Positions 17,788-27,573 are shown, counted from the first letter of the stretch. The stretch: DNA of 64,000 nucleotides from an uncultured Acidimicrobiales bacterium (GCA_938021675.1 CALIFY010000041.1:8588-72587); one strand, 5' to 3'. Numbers and translations: made by a program. The notes: a model not told the origin generated them from the sequence alone.

Positions 17788-17835
17788 CGCCTACTGCGCC
17801 CGCCACGAGCACCGCGCCAACCATCGGATCAACGT

Positions 17836-18942
17836 TCACACCGAAGAGACGGTGCGATCCGCTGGCCCGACCTGATGAACATCGGCCCGATCCCGTACCC
17901 CGCTGCGCAAAAACGCGACGTACGCTCCCAACCCGCTGAGAACCGGCATCCAAAGCGACACAACTCGGTATGCCACCGTGGCGAGGCTGGCGTCTTGGGC
18001 TGAGATACCGGAGATGACCAACAGGCTGTAGAGCCCGACTTCGACGAAACCGAAACCGCCTGGCGTGATCGGGATCATGGCGAGCACCTGCGCACCGGCG
18101 TAGGCCAGGAGCACCAGGCTCAATCGAGGATCGGCGCCAACTGCGTACAGTGCGGCGATCAAGGTCAAATAGTCGAACGCCCACTTCCCAGCCGAGGCGG
18201 CGACGGCAGCCGGCCATCGCGGACCGACGACACCGACCAACCGGTTCCGTTCGGTGACAAGCGAGCCCGCCTGTACCGACCAGTCACGTCGGACCACTCG
18301 GCCAACCGACGCCACGATCCGGTCGAGCCCGCGTTCGACGGCGACGAGCGGGCGATCGAACGCTATACCGAGCGCCCCTACCCCCACCAACACCACAAAC
18401 AACACGCCACCAGCGACAGCGGCCGGCAACAAACTCTCAGGTATCGGCGCGCCAAGAAGGGCCATCAGACCAGCGACCGCCGGAATGGCCCCAAGGGCTG
18501 CGGTCGTCAGAATGGAGGATGCGGCGAGCGCCCCGCCGGCCTCGGCCGCCTGCACCCCGGAGGCGGACAACATCCGATAGTAGACCGCGCCTCCGGTGGC
18601 CGCACTGGCCGGAGTGATCCGGCTTATCGCGTTCGACACCAGCTGACTGGTTGCGGCAACAAACCAGCTGACCTTGGGAAGGATAATTCGAGTGAGCCAC
18701 CAAAGGCAGGCGAAGCTCGCTATCTCGGTGAGCACCATCACCAAAAACCACACGGGCCGAATGGTGCGGAGGCGTTCTCCCGAGCTGAGGATGTCTCGCA
18801 GTTGATCCTGCATGATGTAGAGGGCGCTAGCCCCGATACTCAACATCACTCCCCACAGCAACACCCGTTTGATCTGGGCGTGACCATCTGGGTGATCTCT
18901 CAGCTGGGCGAGTGCGGCATCGGAGCGGAGGTGGCGCATCAC
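17836..18942 (-). CDS. Flippase-like/lysylphosphatidylglycerol-synthase TM-region family membrane protein (UPF0104)
   Basis: 368 aa with about 8 TM helices. Characteristic motif ITPGGFGFVEVGL lies near the C-terminus. Confidence 0.55.
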   Translation of the reverse strand: MMRHLRSDAALAQLRDHPDGHAQIKRVLLWGVMLSIGASALYIMQDQLRDILSSGERLRTIRPVWFLVMVLTEIASFACLWWLTRIILPKVSWFVAATSQLVSNAISRITPASAATGGAVYYRMLSASGVQAAEAGGALAASSILTTAALGAIPAVAGLMALLGAPIPESLLPAAVAGGVLFVVLVGVGALGIAFDRPLVAVERGLDRIVASVGRVVRRDWSVQAGSLVTERNRLVGVVGPRWPAAVAASAGKWAFDYLTLIAALYAVGADPRLSLVLLAYAGAQVLAMIPITPGGFGFVEVGLYSLLVISGISAQDASLATVAYRVVSLWMPVLSGLGAYVAFLRSGVRDRADVHQVGPADRTVSSV

Positions 18943-19622
18943 CGAACCTCCGACCGCGAATAATCTCTAAGCGGCCGACCGGTCAGCCGGCAGAGTCCAT
19001 CAAGGGTGGCCAACGGCAACCCGACGACCGCGTGATACGAACCATCGACTCCGGTGACCAGTACCGATCCGAGTCCTTGAATGGCGTAGGCGCCAGCCTT
19101 GTCCATCGGCTCGTCGGTTCCCGTGTACCAGGCGACGTCGGCATCATCGAGGGCACGGAGAGTAACCGTCGGCCGCTCGACAACCGAATGGACGACCAGT
19201 GGCTCATCGTCACTCATCTTGCCGGCCCGAATCGAAACGGGCACTACCGCCACGCCGGTCGCGACGACGTGGGACCGACCGGCGATAGCCCGAAGCATCT
19301 CGGTAGCTTCGAGCCGATCAGCCGGTTTCCCCAGAATGCGACCATCGACGTCAACCACAGTGTCCGCCGCTACCACAAGCGCCTGAGCACCGCCGACCTC
19401 AACGTCGCCCGAGGCGACCAGGTAAGCGACGTGCACCGCCTTCTCTCTGGCCAAACGCTCGACGAGCTCCTCGGACTTCTCACCAACGAGCGGCGTCTCG
19501 TCGATGTCGGCAGGCACCACAATCGGGTCAATTCCGAAATCCCGAAGCAACTGAAGCCGCCGTGGCGAGGCCGAGGCAAGCACCAGCGTCGGGTAGGTGC
19601 CCTCACCTGCGCTACACATCAA
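18939..19622 (-). CDS. maf: Maf-like nucleoside triphosphate pyrophosphatase (septum formation inhibitor family)
   Basis: 227 aa. Motifs are LVLASASPRRLQLLRDFGI...DETP and AGAYAIQG. 4-nt overlap with the downstream gene. Confidence 0.85.
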   Translation of the reverse strand: MMCSAGEGTYPTLVLASASPRRLQLLRDFGIDPIVVPADIDETPLVGEKSEELVERLAREKAVHVAYLVASGDVEVGGAQALVVAADTVVDVDGRILGKPADRLEATEMLRAIAGRSHVVATGVAVVPVSIRAGKMSDDEPLVVHSVVERPTVTLRALDDADVAWYTGTDEPMDKAGAYAIQGLGSVLVTGVDGSYHAVVGLPLATLDGLCRLTGRPLRDYSRSEVR

Positions 19623-19755
19623 ATCTATGGTATTCGAAAAGGTGCCCGGTTATCGACCGGTTGCCGACTCGACGTGCGATTGAGCAGCCACCAAGCGCCA
19701 CTGGGCGCAAACCCATGAGCTGGTCGCCCCCCATCGACCCTGGCAAACTAACCCG

Positions 19756-20526
19756 ATGGACACCATTACCGTCGACGTGGTCGACGCTGTCGGCACGATC
19801 ACCCTCAACAGCCCGGATACCCGAAACGCCATGACCCTCGACATGTGCGGTGAACTCGACGAGGCGCTGGGCGAGCTAGAGGCCGACCCCGGTGTACATT
19901 CCCTCGTCATCACCGGGAAACCCCCGGCGTTTTGCGCCGGTGCCGATCTAAGCCATCTTGGAGACTCCGAGGAGGAAGGGCTGCTCGCTATCTACGAAGG
20001 ATTCCTCCGAGTCGGCACATCTCCCCTCCCGTCGATCGCCGCGGTAAATGGTGCTGCCGTCGGCGCCGGATTGAACCTAGCGCTGATCTGCGACGTGCGA
20101 TTGGCGGCACGCTCGGCCCGCTTCGACGATCGATTCCTCAATCTCGGCATCCATCCCGGCGGTGGGCATACCTGGATGTTCCAAAACATCTGCGGACCAC
20201 AAACCACCACGGCGGCCGTGATCTTCTCCGAAGTCATGGACGGGGAAGAGGCGGTCAGGGTTGGGCTCGCTCACAAGGTATTTGACGACGACGAACTCTT
20301 GACCGCTGCCCAGGCCATGGCGGCCAAGGCATCGACGGTTCCCCGGGAGCTGGTACTCAAGACGAAACGAACGATTCAGGACATCGCATACGTCACCAGT
20401 CAACGGGCCGCGGTGGATCATGAACTCGGACCGCAGGCGTGGTCGACCCGACAACCTGAATTCCGAGCGCTGTTGGCCAAACTGAAAACAAAGATCAGAT
20501 CGTCGCACGACCAGGGCGACCGTTAA
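19756..20526 (+). CDS. Enoyl-CoA hydratase/isomerase (crotonase) family protein
   Basis: 256 aa. Motifs are ITLNSPDTRNAM, FCAGADLS and AAVNGAAVGAGLNLALICDVRLA. Confidence 0.85.
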   Translation: MDTITVDVVDAVGTITLNSPDTRNAMTLDMCGELDEALGELEADPGVHSLVITGKPPAFCAGADLSHLGDSEEEGLLAIYEGFLRVGTSPLPSIAAVNGAAVGAGLNLALICDVRLAARSARFDDRFLNLGIHPGGGHTWMFQNICGPQTTTAAVIFSEVMDGEEAVRVGLAHKVFDDDELLTAAQAMAAKASTVPRELVLKTKRTIQDIAYVTSQRAAVDHELGPQAWSTRQPEFRALLAKLKTKIRSSHDQGDR

Positions 20527-21137
20527 AGCCAACCGGTGGTCAGATCGTCTCGTCGTTCCTGCCATTCCTCGGCGGTAACGGCGTAGCGGATATGGTCCTC
20601 CCATGTGCCGTTGATCTCAAGGTAGCGTTCAGCGAGGCCTTCGTTTCTCAACCCAAGCTTCTCCACAACACGGCGCGATGCCAAGTTCCGAGGAACAATC
20701 GAGATCTGCACCCGGTGTAGCCGAAGCTCTTCGAAGGCAAACTTCGTGACCATCACAACCCCTTCGGGGATGTAACCGTTTCCCGCCATCTCCTCGTCGA
20801 TCCAGTACCCGACATAGGCATTCTGAAACGGGCCGCGCTGCACCGAGTTCAGATTGATCTCGCCACAGAAGACACCGCCGACGAAAATTCCAAACCCGTA
20901 TCCGGTCCCCAACTGCCATTCGCGATCGCGAGCGTGACATCGAAGGGAAAACGCTCCGCGGTCCTCGACTACGTCCGGTCCACCGACCGGTCGGCTCGGT
21001 TCCCATTTCGTCAACCAATCAGCGTTGCGGCGCCGCACATCCTGCCATTTCCAGAAATCCTCAGGCCGGAGTGGGCGAAGCAGAATTCTTCTCCCAAGAA
21101 GACTTTCAGCCACGTCTCCAACCCTAGCCCCGATCAT
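20523..21137 (-). CDS. GNAT N-acetyltransferase, RimJ/RimL-like
   Basis: 204 aa. Motifs are ILLRPLRPEDF..., FGIFVGGVFCGEINL, and GYWIDEEMAGNGYIPEGV...FEELRLHRVQISIVPRN. Confidence 0.75.
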   Translation of the reverse strand: MIGARVGDVAESLLGRRILLRPLRPEDFWKWQDVRRRNADWLTKWEPSRPVGGPDVVEDRGAFSLRCHARDREWQLGTGYGFGIFVGGVFCGEINLNSVQRGPFQNAYVGYWIDEEMAGNGYIPEGVVMVTKFAFEELRLHRVQISIVPRNLASRRVVEKLGLRNEGLAERYLEINGTWEDHIRYAVTAEEWQERRDDLTTGWL

Positions 21138-21177
21138 TCGTACCGGACCCGAAATCGGGGCTCACCTAACACTGCGA

Positions 21178-22158
21178 TCAGCGAGTGGGAAGCAACTCAG
21201 CGGCAAGACCATGACGAACGCCGCCCTCGGCGATGACAACCTCGTCGAGCGCGAACTGCCGAAGAAACTCCACGAGAATACACAGTGCCCCAACGATGTC
21301 GATTACGCCATCGGGCCGCAACCCAGGATTGTGTATTCGATCCTCCGCCCGCTCGGTAGCCAGGGCTCGAAACACTTCTTCGACACCCGGGCGCGTCAAC
21401 CGGTAGCTGTCGACACTGTCCCCGGGACTCCCAGTACCAATTTCGACCGCGGCGATATCGATCGATGCCCCGTTGCTGAACACGATCCCACAGTCAGCGG
21501 CTGGAAGTTCACGCCGAACGTCGTCCAAGTATTGCTCGATGACCGAGAGTGCCGATGACAACTCTTCCGGTCGAGGCGGGTCGGACACCAAGAATTCCTC
21601 GGTAACGGTTCGGGCACCGATGGGAAGCGACAACGTCGCCGGCGTCTCACCTACCTGGCCGACCGCCACTTCGGTTGAGCCCGAGCCGATGTCGAACACT
21701 AGGGCAGGCCCATCGACCGCCACGGCCTCGCTACGAGTCAGCACCGCACCAGCGAACGACAACGCCGCCTCACGCTCACCGCTAAGCACTTCGAGCGGCA
21801 CACCGAACCAGCGTTGCACCATCGATTCGAGCGGCTCAAGATCGCCGATAGCCCGGCCGGCGGCGGTGGTTACCACGGTGACGGCCATCTCGGCCTCCCC
21901 CCGCTCCTCGACAATGGCGGCGATCTGACCGGCGAACCCCTCCAACGCAACGTCGGTGGCATCCAAGACAGCATCCGGCACCCGGGCGCCGGTCTCCGAT
22001 GTACCGGTGGCGGCCAGCCCGGCGGCGAGGTTCGTGCCGATCAGGTCTTTGGCGAGGACGACGAGACCACCACCGGGGCCACGCTCGGCCACCAGCAGCT
22101 TGACCGACCCCGAGCCGAGCTCGACGACGGACACGACGTTGGGAATCTCACCGCTCAC
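21178..22158 (-). CDS. ppx: Ppx/GppA family exopolyphosphatase
   Basis: ASKHA-fold motifs VVELGSGSVKLLVAE and LVFDIGSGSTEVAV. The track ORF runs to 22218. I prefer in-frame GTG 22158, which forms a GTGA overlap with the DUF501 stop. Confidence 0.8.
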   Translation of the reverse strand: MSGEIPNVVSVVELGSGSVKLLVAERGPGGGLVVLAKDLIGTNLAAGLAATGTSETGARVPDAVLDATDVALEGFAGQIAAIVEERGEAEMAVTVVTTAAGRAIGDLEPLESMVQRWFGVPLEVLSGEREAALSFAGAVLTRSEAVAVDGPALVFDIGSGSTEVAVGQVGETPATLSLPIGARTVTEEFLVSDPPRPEELSSALSVIEQYLDDVRRELPAADCGIVFSNGASIDIAAVEIGTGSPGDSVDSYRLTRPGVEEVFRALATERAEDRIHNPGLRPDGVIDIVGALCILVEFLRQFALDEVVIAEGGVRHGLAAELLPTR

Positions 22159-22658
22159 CGGATCGGCACCGCCGGATCGAAGTGATCGCCGGTCAAAGCC
22201 AAGCGCTCTTCGACCCATCGTCCGACCGGATCATCGCCGCCAACCAAAAAATAGGCGTAGTGGGCGTGTAAACACTTCACCCCGATACGGGTCCCGCCAA
22301 CTCCACCGGTTGGCACCGGACCATCATGGTCATCGGCGATCAAGGCATCACGCTCCGCACGATACGCAGCATGAGCATCGAGCAATTCGTCCTGGTCTAC
22401 TTCGCGTTCGGCCAAATCAACCCCGCCCTCGGACTCCAGGCGGCCAATCGATCGATTCAGTGCCCGATCGACCAACCAGTAGCGGGTTGGCATCGGCCGA
22501 CCCGAAAACAGAAACGGACCATTGATCAGCACCACCGGCGAGCCGTCGTTTCGCCGCACCGCGACCTCGTATCGGCCCATCGGCTCGCGACCGAGAAGAC
22601 GGGCTACCACCTCATGGTCGGTCTCCACGTCGTCAGGTACCTCAGCGCGGTCGGGCAT
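22155..22658 (-). CDS. DUF501 domain protein
   Basis: 167 aa. It contains GRPMPTRYWLVDRALNRSIGRLESEGGV, typical of the DUF501 proteins found beside ppx in Actinobacteria. Confidence 0.75.
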   Translation of the reverse strand: MPDRAEVPDDVETDHEVVARLLGREPMGRYEVAVRRNDGSPVVLINGPFLFSGRPMPTRYWLVDRALNRSIGRLESEGGVDLAEREVDQDELLDAHAAYRAERDALIADDHDGPVPTGGVGGTRIGVKCLHAHYAYFLVGGDDPVGRWVEERLALTGDHFDPAVPIR

Positions 22659-22708
22659 CGCAGGCTCGACCGTCTGGTGGTTTTGAGCCGCCTCTTGACC
22701 GATCCCGA

Positions 22709-23476
22709 TCAGCGAATGATCCAGTAAATGATAGCTAGCAACAAGGCGACACCGCCGGCGGCCGGGAGCGCCCGTTTAACCATCGCACCCTGCGAGACTT
22801 CAAACAGGTCGACCGGTTCGGCTTCAGGTCCTTCGATCTTTCGCACGCCGCTCGCCGAGTTGGTGCGGTTCTCCGCTCCTTCGACCAAGTCGTTGACCGC
22901 TGCAGGCGCAGAACCGACGGCGGCGGCTTCGGTCCCGGCAGAGGCCGCCGGCTCCGAGCCGACCACGCTGGCTTGGGTCGGATCGGCACCGGTCTCCGTC
23001 GTGGGAGACGCCTGTTCACCGCCGTCGTCCCCACCGGCTTCAAGCTTCGCCCGAAGATTCTCGGTGAACTGGTTGAGGATCTTCTTCGATATATCTTCGA
23101 TGGCGCCCCGACCGAAGCTGGCGATCTTGCCGCTGAGCCCGAGGTCGGTGTGGATCTTGACGTTGGTCTGCGAATCGCCGACCGGTGTCATCTCAGCGGT
23201 AACCAGCGCGTTAGCGTTGCCTTGCCGTGGGTCGCGACCCTCGGCCTTTAGCCGGGCGACCTTCTTGACAGCGTCTTGTTCGATAAATGACGCCTTGCCC
23301 TTGTAGTTGGCGGTGATCGGGCCAACCTTGATCTTCACCAGGCCGCGGTACACCTCACCCTCGATCTCGGTGAGTTGGGCACCGGGCATACAAGGGGCGA
23401 TGAACTCGAGATCGTTGAGTATCCGCCAGGTCTCCTCAACGTCCCGATCGATCACAAACTCGTTCGTCAACTCCAT
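22709..23476 (-). CDS. coxG: CoxG-like SRPBCC protein with Ala/Glu-rich linker and C-terminal membrane anchor
   Basis: 255 aa. It starts MELTNEFVIDRDVEETWRILNDLEFIAPCMPGAQL...KVGPITANYKGKASF. The C-terminal helix is ALPAAGGVALLLAIIYWII. Confidence 0.75.
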   Translation of the reverse strand: MELTNEFVIDRDVEETWRILNDLEFIAPCMPGAQLTEIEGEVYRGLVKIKVGPITANYKGKASFIEQDAVKKVARLKAEGRDPRQGNANALVTAEMTPVGDSQTNVKIHTDLGLSGKIASFGRGAIEDISKKILNQFTENLRAKLEAGGDDGGEQASPTTETGADPTQASVVGSEPAASAGTEAAAVGSAPAAVNDLVEGAENRTNSASGVRKIEGPEAEPVDLFEVSQGAMVKRALPAAGGVALLLAIIYWIIR

Positions 23477-24060
23477 TGCTGGAGATCCTCCAGGGTGTCT
23501 ATGTCAACGGGATTTCCATTGCACGGTATCTCGGAAACTAGCTCAGGTCTCATCCGCAACAGTGTTCTCGCACCATCATCACCTGTTCTCGGGAGTGCAG
23601 GCCACACCGAACGGTCGAGCTTGACCGGCGGTCGGCGATGACCATCGAAGGTGGCGGTAACGACGTCGCCGGCAGCTGCTCCAACCGATCGCCACGCTGT
23701 CGCCGGCACCAAAGGTTGGTCGCCCAACCCGACAACGATGGCACGGTGACCGGCCGCCGACGCGGTATCGACCGCCAACGCAAGCGACGTAGCCTGCCCA
23801 TCGGCCCACCGTCGATTTCCCAACACCGTGGCCGAATCTCCTGCCACGTCGCCAACCAACTCGGTCAGATCGACAGCGCCGGTCACGACATAGAGCTCGT
23901 TGAATCCGGCGGCGATCGCCGCGGTGATGGCCCAGGTGACGAGCGGACGACCCCGGAAGTCGGCGGTGAGTTTGTGAGCGTTGTCGTCTGACCCCGATGA
24001 ACGGAATCGTCGCCCCTCTCCGGCGGCAAGGACTACCCCAGCAATCGTCATCGTTGACAA
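23467..24060 (-). CDS. MobA/MocA-like molybdenum cofactor nucleotidyltransferase
   Basis: 197 aa. Motifs are GVVLAAGEGRRF and VGLGDQPLV. Confidence 0.7.
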   Translation of the reverse strand: MSTMTIAGVVLAAGEGRRFRSSGSDDNAHKLTADFRGRPLVTWAITAAIAAGFNELYVVTGAVDLTELVGDVAGDSATVLGNRRWADGQATSLALAVDTASAAGHRAIVVGLGDQPLVPATAWRSVGAAAGDVVTATFDGHRRPPVKLDRSVWPALPRTGDDGARTLLRMRPELVSEIPCNGNPVDIDTLEDLQQWS

Positions 24061-24102
24061 GTATCAGCCACTGTCAGCATCCACCCTACGGCAGCCCGGC
24101 GC

Positions 24103-24939
24103 CTAGTCGTGGATATCACCCGCAGTGTTGCGGAGCGACGATGCACTACGCCCCGATCGGAGAGCGATGATCTCAGCACAGATCGAGATAGCGGTCTCCT
24201 CCGGCGTACGGGCCCCGAGGTCGAGCCCGATCGGCGCCAAGATGCCAGCAAGCTGACGTTCGGAGACGCCCTCGTCGACGAGTCGCCGATTCCGGTCGTC
24301 GGTGGTCCGGCGAGAACCCATGGCCCCGAGGTATCCAACATCGGTCTTGAGCGCAGCGATCGTCGCTGGCACATCAAACTTCGGGTCATGGGTAAGGATG
24401 CAGATAGCGTCTCGCTGGCCAAGATCCGGTCCGACCTTCTCAAGAAGCCGGTGGGGCCAGTCGACGACGACCTCGTCTGCGTAGGGAAATCGTTGGGTGG
24501 TGGCGAAGACCGGGCGGGCGTCGCACACCGTGACTCGGTACCCGAGCGTCTTGGCCACCCGGCTCAACGCCGCGGTGAAATCCACGGCGCCGAAGATCAA
24601 CATCTGAGGGGGCGGAGCGAATGATTCGACGAATACTGCGACGTCTTCCCGCCGTGCCTCTCCCTTTGGACCGTAATGTCGAATTCCAGTCGTGCCCGCC
24701 GACAGCTCACCAAGAGCATCGCGGACGACGACACGATCTAACTCGGGGTTGCCGAGGCTCCCAACCGGGTCGGCGTCGGGGCGGATAAGGATCTTGGCTC
24801 CGATCACCGGTCCGGCATCGTCGGGTTGGGCGACGTCGACCGCGCACTCGACGATTGCGGCGAGAGCGACCGGCGCCTCGGCCGCGATAGCCGCGCTCAG
24901 AATGTCGAAGATCGACCCTTCCGGTGATGAGTCGGTCAC
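24103..24939 (-). CDS. XdhC/CoxI family molybdoenzyme maturation protein (with Rossmann-like XdhC_C domain)
   Basis: 278 aa. Motifs are MLIFGAVDFTAALSRVAKTLGYRVTVCDARP, ILTHDPKFD and GYLGAMGSRRT. Confidence 0.75.
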   Translation of the reverse strand: MTDSSPEGSIFDILSAAIAAEAPVALAAIVECAVDVAQPDDAGPVIGAKILIRPDADPVGSLGNPELDRVVVRDALGELSAGTTGIRHYGPKGEARREDVAVFVESFAPPPQMLIFGAVDFTAALSRVAKTLGYRVTVCDARPVFATTQRFPYADEVVVDWPHRLLEKVGPDLGQRDAICILTHDPKFDVPATIAALKTDVGYLGAMGSRRTTDDRNRRLVDEGVSERQLAGILAPIGLDLGARTPEETAISICAEIIALRSGRSASSLRNTAGDIHD

Positions 24940-25250
24940 CAGTCGAGCGGTTCGAGGTAGAGATGGATCGTGCCGCCACAGGTCAACCCGACGGCAAAGG
25001 CTTCATCGTCGGAGTAGCCGAAGGTCACGATTCGACGCAACCCTTCGTCCAAACATTGAAGGGATTCGGCTACGACGGCCCCTTCCACGCAACCGCCGGA
25101 CACCGATCCCGCCACTTCGCCATCTTCGTTGACCGCCATCGCGGCACCGGGCAATCTCGGCCCCGAACCTTCGATGTCGACGACGCGGGCCAACGCGATG
25201 CGTTTGCCTTGGCGCCGCCACCTCGTGAGGTCGCCGAGTATCTCTTTCAT
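24936..25250 (-). CDS. XdhC/CoxI N-terminal-domain-only protein (104 aa)
   Basis: Only the last 104 codons of track ORF 24936..25688 look real: MKEILGDLTRWRRQGKRIALARVVDIEGSGPRLPGAAMAV...GSVSGGCVEGAV. ATG at 25250. ATGA-type overlap with the next gene. Confidence 0.65.
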   Translation of the reverse strand: MKEILGDLTRWRRQGKRIALARVVDIEGSGPRLPGAAMAVNEDGEVAGSVSGGCVEGAVVAESLQCLDEGLRRIVTFGYSDDEAFAVGLTCGGTIHLYLEPLDW

Positions 25251-25339
25251 CTTAGACAGTCTACCGATGGGGGTTGAGGGCCAGAAATCGAGGGCGGGAT
25301 AGCCACCGACCGCGAAGCGAACCAACCGACGTCGCCGCT

Positions 25340-26257
25340 TCACCGTTGAGGATGGAACAGGTCGGCCAACGCCTCGACGCCGTCCACCAAACGGGGGCCA
25401 GGCCGGACGATCAATCCATCGGCATCGATGGCATGGACCCGACCGGTTTGAACCGCAGGCAGCGCCGCGACCTCTGGACGTGCGACCACCTCGGCCAGAT
25501 GACCTTGCGCGGCCTCGCGGTCGAAGCCGCACGGAGCGATGACAAGAACCTCGGCCTGACAGTCGGCCACCGCCTCCCACGACGTGGCCGTAGAACGACC
25601 ACCAGCGTTTGCCAATACCGGCACCCCGCCGGCCGCGACGATCTGATCGGGGATCCAATGCCCGGGAGTAAACGGCGGGTCCGGCCATTCCAACAACAGG
25701 ACCGTCGGCTGATCTCGGTCGGCGACCCGATCGGAGACCTCAGCAAGCCGATGGCGTAACCCGCCGAGCGCTGCCGGCTCTTCGGCGCCCAACGTGTCCC
25801 GGCCGCCGGCTACCACCCTGTCGAGGCGACCCATTTCGGTCATCACCTCGCCCAGGGTCATCGGGTCGTAGCTGAAGACCTCAGCCGAACAACCGAGCTG
25901 ACGAACCGCGTCCGCCACATCGCCCGAGGGCATGGCGCACACTCGGCACAAATCCTGACTGACCAGAAGGTCTGGGTCGAGGGAGCGGAGCAGATCGGCG
26001 TCGAGTTGGTACAGCTCTCGACCATCGTTCATGGCGGCCCGGACGAACGCATCGATTTCTCCGGGTGTGAGCCCAGGCGGAACGATGGTGTCGGTCACCG
26101 ATGGCACGCTTCGGGCCCCGTCAGGTTCGTCGCATTCGAACGTGACGCCGACCACCCGATCGCCGTAACCGAGGAACCAAAGGATCTCCGTCGCCGACGG
26201 TAAAAGCGAGACGATCCGGTCAGCCACCGAAGACCCTCCGGCCCAAGCGTTGCACAA
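25340..26257 (-). CDS. Periplasmic-binding-protein fold (BtuF/FhuD-like, cobalamin/iron-chelate type) protein
   Basis: 305 aa. Motif RIVSLLPSATEILWFLGYGDRVVGVT and a C-terminal ...GRVHAIDADGLIVRPGPRLV. No obvious signal peptide. Confidence 0.6.
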   Translation of the reverse strand: MCNAWAGGSSVADRIVSLLPSATEILWFLGYGDRVVGVTFECDEPDGARSVPSVTDTIVPPGLTPGEIDAFVRAAMNDGRELYQLDADLLRSLDPDLLVSQDLCRVCAMPSGDVADAVRQLGCSAEVFSYDPMTLGEVMTEMGRLDRVVAGGRDTLGAEEPAALGGLRHRLAEVSDRVADRDQPTVLLLEWPDPPFTPGHWIPDQIVAAGGVPVLANAGGRSTATSWEAVADCQAEVLVIAPCGFDREAAQGHLAEVVARPEVAALPAVQTGRVHAIDADGLIVRPGPRLVDGVEALADLFHPQR

Positions 26258-26284
26258 CCCCTTGGGTCTGTGGCACCAAGCGAC

Positions 26285-27115
26285 TTACCCGACGCCGGCA
26301 GCCTGAAGGGCCCGTCGAGTGAGGACCCTGGCTAGGTGATTTCGATACTCGACGGTGGCGTTGAGATCACCCGACGGGGCCATTCCTTCGGCCGCCTGTT
26401 GCGCGGCCTCAGCGGCGGGTGCTCCCTCGGCCAACGCCTGTTCAACCGCCGTCGCCCGGATTGGCGTCGGCCCCATGTTGACAAGCGCAACTCGGACCGC
26501 GCCATCGAGTTGTTGGGCCGATACCCCGACGATGGCCCAGTCTTGGGCTCGTCGATTGAACTTTTGGAAATTCCAGCCCATACCGGTGTGTTTCGGTATA
26601 CGGACCTCGGTAATCATCTCCGTCTCCTCCAAGCTCGATTCGAGGAAACCGGCAAAAAGGTCGACACCATCGATAACCCGCTCGGAGCCGTCGGACTTCC
26701 TGGCCACCACCGACCCGTCCATCGCCAGCAGAACCGAGGGGTGATCAGCTGCAGCGTCGGCGTGGGCCAGCGAACCGCCGAGGGTCCCGCGGTGTCGAAC
26801 CTGCGGATCGCCAACGTGGGCCGTGGCATGGGCCAACAGCGGAGCGTGTTCGGCGACCAGAGCGCTGGTTTCAACATCGCGGTGGCGGGTGAGTGCACCG
26901 ATCGCCAGATGATCACCGGCGTCGTTGATGTAGGACAGGTCGGCCAGACGACCGATGTCGACCACCACCGACGGATAGGCCAACCGCAGTTTCATCATCG
27001 GCAGCAATGAATGGCCGCCGGCCATGAGCTTCGCTTCATCGCCATGCTCGGATAGCGCGCCAAGCGCTTCCTCGGATGACTCAGCCCGGACGTAGTCGAA
27101 TGCGACGGGAATCAC
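26285..27115 (-). CDS. Molybdopterin hydroxylase FAD-binding medium subunit (CoxM/CutM/XdhB-like)
   Basis: 276 aa. Motifs are [17 protein letters not shown] and a C-terminal CO-dehydrogenase flavoprotein domain ([15 protein letters not shown]). Confidence 0.85.
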   Translation of the reverse strand: MIPVAFDYVRAESSEEALGALSEHGDEAKLMAGGHSLLPMMKLRLAYPSVVVDIGRLADLSYINDAGDHLAIGALTRHRDVETSALVAEHAPLLAHATAHVGDPQVRHRGTLGGSLAHADAAADHPSVLLAMDGSVVARKSDGSERVIDGVDLFAGFLESSLEETEMITEVRIPKHTGMGWNFQKFNRRAQDWAIVGVSAQQLDGAVRVALVNMGPTPIRATAVEQALAEGAPAAEAAQQAAEGMAPSGDLNATVEYRNHLARVLTRRALQAAGVG

Positions 27116-27573
27116 TGCTCACCTCCAGCGGCGCTCAGTACGGCCTTCACGATGTTGTGATACCCGGTGCAACGGCAAAGATTGCCCTCGAGCCCCGTTC
27201 GAACATCGGCTTCGGAAGGATTCGGATTTTCGTCGAGCAACGACACCGATGCCATCACCATTCCGGGAGTACAAAACCCGCATTGCAGCGCGTGACAATT
27301 CATGAACGCTTCCTGCATGGGGTGGAGCTGCTCGCCGTCGGCCAAACCTTCGATGGTAGTGATCTCTCGTCCATCGGCCTGAACGGCCAGCATGGTACAA
27401 GATTTGACCGCTTCCCCATCGATGTGGATCGTGCAGGCACCACAAGAAGAGGTATCGCAGCCAACGTTCGTGCCGGTCAACCCCGCTCGATCGCGGATGA
27501 AGTGCACCAGCAGTGTTCGTGGCTCAACATCACCGCTATGCGTTGTACCGTTGACCTCAACGGATATCTCCAC
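27112..27573 (-). CDS. Molybdopterin hydroxylase [2Fe-2S] small subunit (CoxS/CutS-like)
   Basis: Cluster motifs are [16 protein letters not shown] and [13 protein letters not shown]. The track ORF runs to 27663. GTG 27573 gives the family-typical start (M)EISVEVNG, preceded by GGAAGGG 6 nt upstream. Confidence 0.85.
   Translation of the reverse strand: MEISVEVNGTTHSGDVEPRTLLVHFIRDRAGLTGTNVGCDTSSCGACTIHIDGEAVKSCTMLAVQADGREITTIEGLADGEQLHPMQEAFMNCHALQCGFCTPGMVMASVSLLDENPNPSEADVRTGLEGNLCRCTGYHNIVKAVLSAAGGEQ

Noticed and set aside
21178-22218. 64-nt overlap between ppx and the DUF501 gene as a real overlap
   Set aside because: In-frame GTG 22158 makes a 4-nt GTGA junction and starts just before the first ASKHA phosphate-binding motif, so the long overlap is an artefact of longest-ORF calling.
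25251-25688. 5' extension of track ORF 24936..25688 (250 aa)
   Set aside because: The upstream 146 codons are Arg/Gly-rich nonsense and overlap the well-supported binding-protein gene (25340-26257) on the same strand. Only the last 104 codons (from ATG 25250) match the XdhC N-domain.
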